Below are positions 1 through 9,970 of a DNA stretch of 57,121 nt, piece by piece. The stretch is taken from contig CAWBXL010000247.1 of the NCBI GenBank assembly GCA_963792305.1, positions 1 through 57,121 on the forward strand, written 5' to 3'. Source of the stretch: an uncultured Acidobacteriaceae bacterium (GTDB taxonomy: Bacteria > Acidobacteriota > Terriglobia > Terriglobales > Acidobacteriaceae). Numbering within the stretch: the first letter of the stretch is position 1; the number at the start of each line of letters is the position of its first letter. Both the position numbers and the translations under genes were made by a program. The notes beneath the pieces are model-generated. The model saw only the letters and a list, made by a program, of their open reading frames with translations, was not told where the DNA came from and searched no databases.

Positions 1-553
1 CGTCGCCCTGATGGGCAACACCGGCCGGCCCCGGCACCGGCTCCGGCTCGCGCAGCGTCAGCCGGTTGGCGGCGCGCGGCGCCCACCGCTTGAGGTAGGC
101 CATCTGCACGCCGACGGTGCTGTCGACGCGGTCGGCCGCTTCCAGCAGGCTGGTCAAGAGCAGCCCGCGCTCGACCTCCGATACGGCCATACGATCGATG
201 CCGGCTCGGATCGCGTCGATGCGCATGCCGTTCTCGGGTCGGAAGTAGCGGGCACGCCGGCAGAACGTCTCGGTCGCGTACCCGTCCACCCCCGGCAGTG
301 CGTCCAGCTCCGCGAGCAGCGCGCGCAGCCGCTCGCGGTCGACGCCGCCGTCCGCCTCGATGTAGGCGCGCCCGAGCACCTGCGAGTAGGCGGCGGTGTC
401 GTTCAGACGACTCGCATACCGCGTCGGCGCAGCTCCTGCCCGACCCGCGTCGTGCCCGCGAACAGATCGGCCGCCGAAGCAGCACCAAGCCGCTCGGCGA
501 TCGCGGCCAGCCGTGGCGCGAGCAGCCACTTCGAGGCCCAGGTACTTGATCAC
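1..553 (-). CDS. N6-adenine DNA methyltransferase (D12-class-like), N-terminal part; continues beyond window start; frameshifted
   Basis: Minus-strand translation from GTG at 553 reads VIKYLG..(shift)..AADLFAGTTRVGQEL..NDTAAYSQVLGRAYIEAD..RYFRPENGMRIDAIR..LLLTSLLEAADRVDSTVGVQMAYLKRWAPRA..VAHQGD. The KYLGSK-type start, the F-x-G-T motif and the AYLK-W-RA segment are typical of D12-type adenine methyltransferases. The + ORF 11..820 is its antisense shadow. Confidence 0.45.
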   Translation of the reverse strand, partial: MIKYLGLEVAARATAGRDRRAAWCCFGGRSVRGHDAGRAGAAPTRYASRLNDTAAYSQVLGRAYIEADGGVDRERLRALLAELDALPGVDGYATETFCRRARYFRPENGMRIDAIRAGIDRMAVSEVERGLLLTSLLEAADRVDSTVGVQMAYLKRWAPRAANRLTLREPEPVPGPAGVAHQGD

Positions 554-584
554 GGGGTGACTGTAAGCGCCGGCCCGGCCGGTT

Positions 585-1225
585 CTAGCTGCGCAGGTAC
601 GTCAGCACCGCGAGCACGCGGCGATGGTCCTCCCGGCGGCGCAGGTCGAGCTTGGAAGATCGTGGTGACGTGCTTCTCGACGGCGCGGTCGGTCACCACC
701 AGCGCGTCCGCGATGCCGTGTTGCTGCGCCCTCGGCCATCAGCGCCAGCACGTCGCGCTCGCGGGGGGTCAGCCGGTCGAGCGGGTCGTCGCGCCGCGGC
801 GCGCCGAGCAGCTGGGCTGACGACCTCGGGGTCGAGCGCCGTGCCGCCCTCGACCGACACGCCGCACGGCGTCGACGAACTCGTCGACGTCTGCCACGCG
901 GTCCTTGAGCAGGTAGCCCACGCCCTCTCCCGAGTCGCCCAGGAGGTCCGACGCGTAGCCCTCCTCGACGTACTGCGAGAGCACCAGTACCCCGATGCCG
1001 GGGGGCTGCGCTCGCGGATCACGCGCGGCCCGCAGCCCCTCGTCGGTGTACGTCGGCGGCATGCGGACGTCGACGACCACGACGTCGGGCTCTGGCCTCG
1101 AGCGCGCGCACGCAGCTCGTCGGCGGTCACCGACCTGGCCGACGACGTCGAAGCCGGTGTCGGTCGAGCAGGCGGGCGACGCCCTCGCGCAGCAGCACGG
1201 AGTCGTCGGCGAGCACTACGCGCAC
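585..1225 (-). CDS. NarL/LuxR-family response regulator (REC + LuxR HTH), multiply frameshifted
   Basis: Pieces in three minus frames (including ORFs 769..1080 and 693..1130) read VRVVLADDSVLLREGVARLL, DVVVVDVRMPPTYTDEGLRAA, IGVLVLSQYVEEGYASDLL, GVGYLLKDRVADVDEFVDAVRRV, GGTALDPEVV, LTPRERDVLALMAEG, DRAVEKHVTTIF and HRRVLAVLTYLRS*. The GTG start overlaps the stop of the upstream kinase. Confidence 0.6.
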
Positions 1226-4199
1226 GGAATCACCGCCGTCAGCACGGGTCCCGGGCCCGGGGGGCTGCCCACCGCATCGTCCCGTCCAGCGCCGCGACGC
1301 GGTCGCCGAGCCCGCGCAGGCCGGCGCCCGCGCGGGTCGGCCCCGCCGACCCGTCGTCGCGGACCTCGACCCGCATGGTCCCCGTCAGCGCACGACGCGC
1401 GACCGTAACGGGTCTGGCCTCGGCGTACTTGCGCGACGTTCGTCAGGGCTTCCGCAACCACGAAGTAGGCGGCCGCCTCGACCCGCGCCGGGCAGCGGCT
1501 CGACCAGGACGCTTCCAACTCGACCGGCAGCGGCGCCCGGGAGGCCAGCGCTCGTAGCGCCTCGTCCAGACCCCGGTCAGTGAGCGACGGCGGGATGGAT
1601 GCCGCGCGCCAGCTCGCGCAGCTCCGCGAGCGCGCTGCGGCGAGCTCCTCGCGGCGCCGCCTCGAGCGGCTCGGGTCGCGACGGCGGGGTCGCGCTCGAG
1701 CTGGGCCAGCGCGAGCCGGAGCGTCCAGCGACAGGGCCACCAGCCGCTGCTGGGCGCCGTCGTGAAGGTTCGCGCTCGAGCCGGCGGCGCGCGGCGTCGC
1801 CGGCCTCGACGATGCGCGCGCGCGAGGCGCGCAGCTCCTCGGCTGCCTGCCGGGGGCGCTGGGTGATGTCGCGGATGAAGGCCGTGAAGTGGGGGCCCTG
1901 CTGGGCTCGACCCGCGTCGCCGCCGTCTATCGGCAGCTCGCTGCCGTCCGCGCGCATGCCGACCACCTCGACCAGCGAGCCCAGCAGGCGTCCGCGCTCG
2001 CCGTGTTCGAGGTGCCGCTCGATGCCCCGCCGGTGATCCTCGCGGAAGCGCTCCGGAATCAGCAGCTCGGGCATGTCACGGCCGATCGCGTCGGCGGCGC
2101 GGTGGCCGAACGTCTCCGCGGCGGCAGGGTTGAACTCGACGATCCGGTTTCCGGCGTCGATCGTGATGATGCAATCGAGCGCCGATCGCAGCACCGCCGA
2201 CTTGCGGGCCTCGCTGCGGGCGACGGCGCCCTCGGCACGCCGCCGCTCGATCAGCTGTCCGATCCGGTCGGCGACCGCCTCCAGCAGTGCCCGCATCTCG
2301 GCGTCGGGCTCCTGGTCGTCGGTCGAGCAGAGCTGCACGACGGCGTCCACGACCCGTTTGCGACGATCGGGAAGGCGAACGAGCCGGCCGGCGTACGCAG
2401 CTCGTTCGCGAGCACCACCGGATCGTCGTCCACGTCGACATCCCAGTGCGCCGTTCCGCGCTCTCGCACGTACGCAGCCAGGCCGGCATCTGCGCGCGAC
2501 CGCTGCGCGCGCACCGCGGCGGCGAAGCCGGCGACGGCGTCGGGGTCGCCCCAGACGGCCACCGGTGCCACCGTCCGGCCCGGTCTTGCCGTACACGACC
2601 GCCCAGCCGGGAAACGCGGCGGCCAGCGCCTCGACGAGCGGCTCGGCGACCTGCTCGAGCCGCTCGGCCCCTGCCCAGCGCCCGCGCAACCGCCAGCTGG
2701 AAGCCCATGCGCCGTTCGTTGCGGCGCCGCAGCGTGATGTCCTCGCCGATGCTGGTGGCGCCGACGATGCGCCCGTCGCGGTCGCGGATGACCGTGTTGT
2801 TCCAGGCGATGTCGCGGATGCCGCCGTCGCGCGTGCGGATCCAGTTCTCCTCGTAGGGGAGGATGTCGTCGCGCGCCATCCGCTGCAGGAACTCCGCCTC
2901 CGTGCCGTTGAACATTTCCAGCCAGTCGCGTCCGAGCACCTCCTCGGCGCTCCAGCCGGACAGCTCGCACAGGAACGGGTTGACATAGGTGATGCGGCCG
3001 CGCGTGTCCAGGCTGACGGCGATCAGCCGGACGCCTTTCAGCAGGTCGCTCAGCCGCCGCTGGGACGCAGCCGCCTCGCGCATCTGCTGGTCGAGCTCTC
3101 CGGCCAGCGCCTGGCTGCGGATCGCCATCGCCGCCGCCGACGCGGTTGCATCCAGCAAGCCGCGATCCTCGAGCAGCGACGTGTCATGCACCATCTGCAC
3201 GACGCTCTCGTTGCTGCGGTGGATCGTGGTCGCCGCGCGCCCGTTGTCTGTCATCGGCGGGAGCATGTGGCCATCCAGGTCGACGTGGATCCCCGACCCG
3301 GGCAGCAGGTAGGCGAGCTCGAGCGTGGGGTCGCCCAGCGCTCGTCGCAGCGCCTCGCGCAGCTCCTGCGGCCGGTCGCTCGTCTCGACCTCAGCGATCA
3401 GCGCGCTGACCGTGCCCGACCGGCCGAACTGCGTGCGCAGCAGCCCGTACATGAAGCCCTGCGGTATCGCCGAAAGCGTCAATGCGAACGCGTAGAACGA
3501 GCCGGCACCGACCGTGGCGACGATCGAGACGACGGCGATCACCATGATCGTTATCAGACAGATGGCGCCGGTCAGGTAGACGGGCGACAGCACGCGCCGC
3601 GCGGCCGGCGTCGCCTCGCGCCAGCGACCGACCAGGATCCGCAGGATGACGACGGCAAGCGCGACGCCGATGGCGGCGGACAGGTAGTCGAGCGTCCGCA
3701 CGATCGTCTGCTCGTGATCCACCAGCAGCAGGTTGCGGGCGGAGGCCGGTGACGCCCCGTCCTGGCGTGGGTCGGTGAACGGGAGGGTCAGGAGCGACAG
3801 CCCCCACACGTCGATGTAGATCGCGATCGTGACCAGCCGGGCCGTGCGCGATCCCAGCTCGCCGCTCGGGTACGCGAGGATCAGATGGATCAGCAGGCAC
3901 AGCCACAGGCTGGAGCCGATCAGGCCGATCGTCGCCGCCGATGCGCTCGACCAGTCGGTCAGGCCGGACGTCAGCCAGGCGATGCCGGTGGCGCACATCA
4001 GCGGCCCGGTGCGGTTCGCCGGACGGCGCCTCCATGCCACCAGGCCGGCCACCATGAACGACCAGGTCACCGTCAGGCCGAAGATCAGGTAGGCGGCGAC
4101 GTTGTGATGGACATGCGTGCCCGACTCGCCGATGGCCACCGCAATGGTCATCACGGCCGCCAGGCCGGTCACCAGCAGCTGCGCCGAGCGGGTGCTCAT
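1216..4199 (-). CDS. Multidomain membrane sensor histidine kinase (TM sensor - PAS - GAF - PAS - HisKA_3 - HATPase_c), frameshifted
   Basis: ORF 2076..4199 gives a multi-TM N-terminus and a PAS domain (ITYVNPFLCELSGWSAEEVLGRDWLEMF..IRDRDGRIVGATSIGEDIT). ORFs 2251..2970 and 1577..2986 give GAF-like segments (AGSFAFPI) and a second PAS (ITIDAGNRIVEFNPAAAETFGH..FTAFIRDIT) plus a HisKA_3 helix. ORF 1216..1740 gives AAYFVVAEALTNV..SPPGPGPVLTAVIPCA. Confidence 0.6.
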
Positions 4200-4579
4200 C
4201 CCAGCGCGTCGGCCAGCGTGCTGCCGCAGAGCTCAGCCTTCGGCACGAAGCCGCTTGGCGCCGCTCTCCTCGATCAGCGGGGCCGAAGTCGACCGCGTCG
4301 CGGCTCGAGGTGAGCACGACGGAGGGGCGGGCCTGCCGGCTCGCTGCGCAGCGCCGCGGCCACCGCGAACCCGTCGAGATCGGGAAGCTGGACGTCGAGC
4401 AGCACGACGTCGGGGCGAAGGCCGGCGACCGCCGCGAGCGCGGAGGGCCGTCGCGGCTCGCCGACGACGGACGAAGCCTCGTCCGAGTCGAGCAAGGCGG
4501 GCGCGGTCGAGCGGAAGCTCGGGTGATCGTCGACGATCAGGATCGAAGGGGCCATCTCGTCCATCGTGCCATACGGCAC
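4196..4579 (-). CDS. Single-domain response regulator (receiver), frameshifted
   Basis: MAPSILIVDDHPSFR..RPDVVLLDVQLPDLDGFAVAAALR (ORF 4274..4579) continues in another frame as VVLTSSRDAVDFGP..LIEESGAK..FVPKAELCGSTLADALG*. Its stop overlaps the kinase ATG as ATGA at 4196-4199. The exact start is uncertain (4555-4579). Confidence 0.55.
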
Positions 4580-4643
4580 GCACCGGCGAGTTACGGTTTA
4601 CCACACTCTTTGCGGCGGGCGGCCGGCGCCGTCCCACGCCGGC

Positions 4644-5429
4644 TCACGGTGTGGTCGTCGTCGACGGGGTCGTGCTCGGTGAGCTGCTCAGCGCCGGCGA
4701 GCGGCTTCAGCTGCTTGGCCAGTTGCTGGAGCTGTTTCTTGTCCGGCGCGGTCGGCTCCAGCTTCAGCACCTGCAGGACGGCGTGGTACGCGGTCGCGTA
4801 GTCGCGGGTGAACAGCGCATCGCGGTAGATGGCGCGCTGGATGGTGGAGTCGGTCGGGTTGATCGCCGCATCCCGCGACCACAGGCTGATGGCCTGGTCG
4901 GCGTCGCCCGTCGCCTGCTGCTCGTAGGTGGACGCCTTCTGCTGGAGCGGCTGTCTGGGCGTTGGTGATGAGCGGCGAGGTGACCGCGGCGGACAGCTTG
5001 CTGGCGGTGCCGGGCAGCGCGCTCGATGCCGGCTGGTACTGGCTGGCGAGCGACTGGTAGTAGGTCGCCAGCTGGCCGAGCGACTGCGCGCGCGTCTCGT
5101 ACAGGGTGGCGGCCTCGGACATCACGGAGCCGTTCTTGGGCTTCAGCTGGATGTATTGCTGGTAGGCGCCCAGCGCCGGGTCGGTCTGGCCGTCCGCCTG
5201 GTACGCGCGCGCCAGCTCGAGCCAGGCGCCGCTGGCCTTCGGATTTGCGTGCACCTGATCGAGCAGGCCGCTGATGCTGGTGCTCGACGACGAGCTCTGG
5301 CCCAGCAGGTTGCCGAGGCTGAGTCCGCCGACCCCCGACCCACGCCAGCAGCGTGAAGCTGAGCGCGAACACCACGCCAAGCACCATGAACACCGGCTTC
5401 TGGGTGCGTCTGATCTTTTCGAACAGCAT
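4644..5429 (-). CDS. Membrane-anchored TPR-repeat protein, frameshifted
   Basis: The N-terminus MLFEKIRRTQKPVFMVLGVVFALSFTLLAWVG (TM anchor, ORF 4764..5429) shifts to ORF 4688..5380 (AWLELARAYQADGQTDPALGAYQQYIQLKPKNGSVMSEAATLYE). It then shifts again to ..RDYATAYHAVLQVLKLEPTAPDKKQLQQLAKQLKPLAGAEQL..*, with the stop at 4644. Confidence 0.45.
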
Positions 5430-5510
5430 CAGGTCTCGGCAGCTCCTACAGCCCGATCATCTTGGCGCGGACGCGCCGAGCAGGTTCGGTGTCGGCGGTT
5501 TTTGCCGCTA

Positions 5511-5906
5511 GGGCAGCCCTGGCTAATTAAGAGACTATGGCCTGCAAACGAACTATGGCTCATTGCCGGATTGGTGATTGAAATCGCCGGAATGTTATTT
5601 GCAGTCTGGGCACGGCACACCCTGGGCAAAAACTGGACTGGACGCATCACAACCGGCGGTAGCCAGGAACTGATTATGCAGGGCCCGTACCGTCTGGTGC
5701 GACATCCGATTTACACGGGATTGTTGTGTGCGGTGCTGGGAACGGCCATGATAATTGGGGACCTGCATTCGGCGGTTGGATTTGCGGTCTTGCTAATTTC
5801 TATCTTGATCAAGCTTCGGCGGGAGGAAGCGGCACTCAGGCAGCATTTTGGCACGGCATATGAGGGCTATGCTCAGCGGGTGCCCATGCTGTTACCTGGA
5901 CTTTAG
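5511..5906 (+). pseudogene. Isoprenylcysteine carboxyl methyltransferase (ICMT)/phospholipid methyltransferase family protein, 3' fragment truncated at the composition junction
   Basis: The C-terminal part of ORF 5274..5906 reads LWLIAGLVIEIAGMLFAVWARHTLGKNWTGRI..QELIMQGPYRLVRHPIYTGLLCAVLGTAMI..LRREEAALRQHFGTAYEGYAQRVP, the ICMT-family signature region. The N-terminal TM helices and start codon are absent, and the upstream in-frame sequence is GC-rich foreign DNA. Confidence 0.6.
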
Positions 5907-5945
5907 ACAGTACTTTCTCTGATGCTTCACGCGTAAAATACATCT

Positions 5946-7100
5946 GTGCGTAAGTTTTGGGACAACTCGGTCAATGGAGGTACGGGCGTCCCGGCTACTA
6001 TTCCTGTCCCAGCACGCGTGTCGATTGGCGGAATTGAAATCGCTCCCGCCACCGTGCTCGCCCCCATGGCCGGAGTCACCGACACCGTCTTCCGCCGCTT
6101 CATCCGCAATCTCGGCGGATGCGGCCTGATCATGACCGAGTTCACCTCGGCCGATGGCGTCCTTGCGAAAAAAGACCGAAGGCCAAACGCTACCTGCATT
6201 TCTACGAAGACGAGCACCCGATTTCGGCCCAGCTCTTCGGCAGCGATCCGCAGGTGATGGCCGATGCCGCTCGCATGGTCGAAGACCTCGGCTTCGATCT
6301 GGTCGACCTGAACCTCGGCTGCCCCGCGAAAAAAGTTGTGAAGTGCAACGGCGGCTCAGGCCTCCTGCGCGATCTGCCCGCTCATCGGCAAGATTTTCGA
6401 ATCAGTGCGCGCGGCGGTGAAGATTCCCTTCACCGTGAAATTCCGCGCCGGCTGGAACGACGAAGAAATCGTCTGCGTCGAACTGGCCAAGATGGCCGAG
6501 GATTGCGGACTTGTGCGCAGTCGCGCTGCACGCCCGCACCCGCGAACAGGGCTACAGCGGCAACGCGCGCTGGGAGTGGATTGCCGCCATGAAAGATGCG
6601 GTGAAAATTCCGGTGATCGGCAACGGCGACATCCGCACTCCGGAAGACGCCTGCGCCATGGTCGACGCAGACCGGATGCGACGCGGTGATGATCGGCCGC
6701 ACTGCCGCCGTCGAATCCCTGGATCTTCCGCCAGATCGAACAGTATTCGGCTTACTTAGGCCGTGTGGAGGCGGGGCTCGCCCCGCCAGTTCAGACAGAT
6801 GGGGCAAGCCCCGTCTCCACGCAAACTATTTATGACCAACCATCGGAAGCCGACCGCTACGAGATGATCCGCACCTACTTCCGCATGCTGATCGAAGAAG
6901 AACTGCCTGATGCCACCGGCAAGATGAAACAGTTTTGCTCCTGGTTCACGCACGGAGTTCCCGGCGGAGCAGGGCTACGAAAAGCAATTTACGAATCGAA
7001 GAGCGCTCCACAGATTTTGAGCAATGTGGAAGAATTTTTTGAAGCACGTTTGGCCAGCCCAACGCCATCGCCAGATTCGCGACTCGTTCTCACACAGTAA
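5946..7100 (+). CDS. dusB: tRNA-dihydrouridine synthase (DusB-like), at least 4 frameshifts
   Basis: Successive frames read IAPATVLAPMAGVTDTVFRRFIRNLGGCGLIMTEF (5946..), HPISAQLFGSDPQVMADAARMVEDLGFDLVDLNLGCPAKKVVKCNGGSGLL (6119..) and VKIPFTVKFRAGWND (6405..). They continue as ALHARTREQGYSGNARWEWIAAMKDAVKIPVIGNGDI (6511..), GCDAVMIGRTAAV / NPWIFRQIEQY, and the C-terminus in ORF 6765..7100. Confidence 0.75.
6762..6822. repeat. REP-like palindromic element embedded in frame inside dusB
   Basis: The outer inverted repeat is cgtgtggaggcgggg / ccccgtctccacgc (12 of 14 bases pair). The inner perfect hairpin is ggcggggc-tc-gccccgcc (6770-6787). The element translates as ..RVEAGLAPPVQTDGASPVST.. between the conserved NPWIFRQIEQY and DQPSEADRYEMI segments. 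Confidence 0.55.
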
Positions 7101-7929
7101 TTTTTCTCAATCCCATTTTCCCGTTCTCCTTCTTCTCCACGTACCCCCACGGGATATCAGGATCGTGAGTAAACATTGTCAGCCATTTTCCCGCAATTGA
7201 TTCCGCATAATACTTCTTGCGGCTCTCAATGGTCTCCAGCGGATACAGATCAAATCCCATCACCCAATTCAAATCCAGATGCGCGCTGGTGGGAATCAGA
7301 TCGCCGATGTAGCAAGCAGTCTGCCCGCCGCTTTTTAGCAAAATTCCCTGCATGGCGCGCGTGTGTCCCGGATAAATTCGCACAGAAACTCCCGGGGAAA
7401 TCTCAGCATCACCTTGCAATAATTTCATCTGTCCGCTTTCCACCAGCGGATCATAGTTGTCGCTCAAGTAGCTCACGCCGTCTCGCTGGTTTTCATGGGC
7501 GTGTTCCCACTCGCCTTTTTGCGCGTAGTAAGTTGCGTTGGGAAAGGTGGCTACCGGCTTGCCGTTTTTGATCATGGTGTTCCACCCACAGTGATCAAAA
7601 TGCAGATGGGAGTTGATCACAATGTCTATGTCCTCGGGTGCAATTCCCACTGTGGCCAAGTTGTCGATTAGCCTCGCCGGCATACCGTGAATCTTCTGCA
7701 TTTTCTCCGGCAATTTGTTGCCCACGCCAGCCTCAATCAGAATGGTGAGCTCGTTATTACGTACCACGACCGAGTTCAGCCCAGTCAAAACCCGGTTCTT
7801 TTCATCAACTTTGACCTTCTTCTCCCACAGGACCTTCGGTACCACGCCAAAATAGGCCCCGCCGTCGAGAAAATAGTCCCCATCAGAAACCGCGGTCAGC
7901 TCAAAATCGCCAAGTGTAAGACGCTGCAT
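7090..7929 (-). CDS. MBL-fold metallo-hydrolase (lactonase-like)
   Basis: Intact 279-aa ORF with the H-x-H-x-D-H motif (INSHLHFDHCGWN) and later His/Asp ligand regions (YPGHT, YIGDL, FTHD). Confidence 0.8.
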   Translation of the reverse strand: MQRLTLGDFELTAVSDGDYFLDGGAYFGVVPKVLWEKKVKVDEKNRVLTGLNSVVVRNNELTILIEAGVGNKLPEKMQKIHGMPARLIDNLATVGIAPEDIDIVINSHLHFDHCGWNTMIKNGKPVATFPNATYYAQKGEWEHAHENQRDGVSYLSDNYDPLVESGQMKLLQGDAEISPGVSVRIYPGHTRAMQGILLKSGGQTACYIGDLIPTSAHLDLNWVMGFDLYPLETIESRKKYYAESIAGKWLTMFTHDPDIPWGYVEKKENGKMGLRKITV

Positions 7930-7975
7930 ATCCTTTCAGTATGCCGCAAAACGGTATAAATACGCTTGGTTTCAC

Positions 7976-9125
7976 GTGCTAAAATTGTTGGAGATGCAGC
8001 GAGACGTAGATAACCTGATCGCCGTGCAAGAGGCGGACAAAGAAATCCGCCGATTAAAAGAAGAGATTGCCGCCTTGCCCAAAACCGTGGCGGCCATCGA
8101 AGCGAAACTGGCCGGCACCAAGGCCGCGCTGGAAAAAGCTAAAGGCGCCGCCAAAGCCGACGAAGCTGCCAAACGCCAGTTTGAAAGCGCCATTCAGGAC
8201 CTGCAAGGCAAAATCTCCAAGTATCGCGACCAGTCTTTAGCCGTAAAAACCAACGACCAGTACAAAGCTCTTCTTCACGAAATTCAGTTTGCTGAGAAGG
8301 ACATCCAGGCCAACGAAGACAAAATTCTGGAAGTCATGCTTAATGTGGACAAGCGTGACCAGGAAGTGAAAGCCGCGGAAGCTGAGTTGAAAGCTGAGAC
8401 GGCAGAGATCGAAAAAGAAAAGAACATTGCCCGCGAAAAAACTACGGAAGATGAAAAGCTGCTGGCGGAATGGAACGCGAAGCGTGAAGCTGCCCGAGCC
8501 GGAGATGAATCCGGACATGCTGGCGCATTACGACCGCGTGGCCAAACATCGCGGCACTGGCCTTGCCGAAGTTCGTGAGCAGAAATGCATGGCGTGCCAA
8601 GTGATGTTGCGCCCGCAGACTTATAACGAAGTCCGCTCTGGCGAGCGCACTATCGTATGCGATTCCTGTTCGCGCATCCTCTATTACAATCCGGCGCACG
8701 ATGCGCAGATGACCGCCGTCGCGGCCACCGCTACCAAGCGTCGCAGGGCCCATCCCAAATTCGACGCCAGCCAGGCGTGGTACTACCGTCCTGAATTCGG
8801 TGAGTACGGTGAAGTTTATTTGAGCTTTACCAACGCCGGTGGAGCTTCCACTCGCCGCGTGTTCGATGTTCATACCGGACGCCGAGTGGGTGATGTTCTC
8901 ACCCGCGAAGGCGAATACCGCCTCGGGTTTCCCGAAGATTTGAATGATTCCATCCGTCTCAATGGAAGCTGGAAAGAAGAAGAAATTGACGGCTGGAACA
9001 ACGAAATGCCTATGGTAGTGCTCGACGCACTTCAGCGGGATTTGGACTTAGCGCGGGCCGATGCTCGGGCTGATAACCGCTCGCGTTCCGAGGCAGTTAC
9101 CGTACAACACCCTGCCGCCAGCTAA
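7976..9125 (+). CDS. Coiled-coil / C4 zinc-ribbon protein (COG1579-like) with a long C-terminal extension; one frameshift near 8490-8510
   Basis: ORF 7976..8578 is a long heptad-like coiled coil. ORF 8427..9125 continues with MNPDMLAHYDRVAKHRGTGLAEV..CMACQVMLRPQTYNEV..IVCDSCSRILY (CxxC..CxxC) and then about 140 further residues. Confidence 0.6.
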
Positions 9126-9930
9126 TAACAATCAAGCACGAGTGGATACGGCTTCCTATCTCACATCCGCAAAGTATTACGACGACGCCTACGCCGTCAA
9201 ACCTGATCTTGTCGATCTGCCGTTCTACGTTGACTTGGCCAGGGAGATTGGCGGGCCGATGTTGGAAATGGGCTGTGGAACCGGGCGTGTTCTGCTGCCA
9301 ATTGCCCGCGCCGGCGTCGAGATTCATGGCTTAGACAATGCTCCTGCCATGCTCACAATTCTCCGCGCCCGAATCCAAGATGAAATTGCAGAAGTTCGCA
9401 ACAAAATCACACTTCATGAAGGCGACATACGGCAGTTCTGCGGGCAGCAGAAATATCGGCTAGTGACCATTCCCTTCCGGCCAATGCAGCATATGTACAC
9501 GCTGGCAGATCAATTGGCAGCATTAAAAACTGCGGCATTTCACCTGGATAAAAATGGCCTCCTCGCCTTTGATGTTTTCTTTCCCAAGTTTCAATTGATG
9601 GATTCAGGGATTGGAGAAGAAGTGTTCGAGCTGGAATGGCAGGTGAAGTCGCATCTTGGGCGAATCGTACGCCGTTATTTCAGAAAAGACTTAGTGGACA
9701 AGATCAATCAGGTCTTCAGCTTTACGTTCATCTTCCGGACTTACAATAACGACGTGCTGGTTAGTGAAGAGAGTGAGGCGCTCAAGTTGTCCTACTACGC
9801 ATACCCTCAACTCAAAGCGTTGTTCGAATTGGCAGGATTACAGTCGGTGGAGGAATATGGTTCTTTCAGTAAGGCACCTCTGAACAACGACGCCAAAGAA
9901 ATGATCTTCCTTCTAAGGAAGGCCGCGTAG
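9061..9930 (+). CDS. Class I SAM-dependent methyltransferase
   Basis: Motif I is MLEMGCGTGRVLLPIARAGVEIHGLDNAPAML and post-I is LHEGDIRQF. The listed start overlaps the previous gene, so the true start may be an internal GTG/ATG around 9140-9270. Confidence 0.75.
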   Translation: MLGLITARVPRQLPYNTLPPANNNQARVDTASYLTSAKYYDDAYAVKPDLVDLPFYVDLAREIGGPMLEMGCGTGRVLLPIARAGVEIHGLDNAPAMLTILRARIQDEIAEVRNKITLHEGDIRQFCGQQKYRLVTIPFRPMQHMYTLADQLAALKTAAFHLDKNGLLAFDVFFPKFQLMDSGIGEEVFELEWQVKSHLGRIVRRYFRKDLVDKINQVFSFTFIFRTYNNDVLVSEESEALKLSYYAYPQLKALFELAGLQSVEEYGSFSKAPLNNDAKEMIFLLRKAA

Positions 9931-9970
9931 GGGCGGACGCCCTCCTCTGCCAAGCGGACTTCAGTCCGGT

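Noticed and set aside
11-820. 269-aa + strand ORF (and nested 298..549) at the left end
   Set aside because: The product is Arg/Ala/Pro-rich with no motifs. The opposite strand encodes recognisable methyltransferase and LuxR-regulator sequence, so this is a typical high-GC antisense shadow ORF.
2073-3752. 559-aa + strand ORF, plus 1889..2737, 2287..2856 and 3885..4313
   Set aside because: These ORFs are antisense to the PAS/GAF/TM sensor kinase. The translations are low-complexity R/A/P-rich and have no domain signatures.
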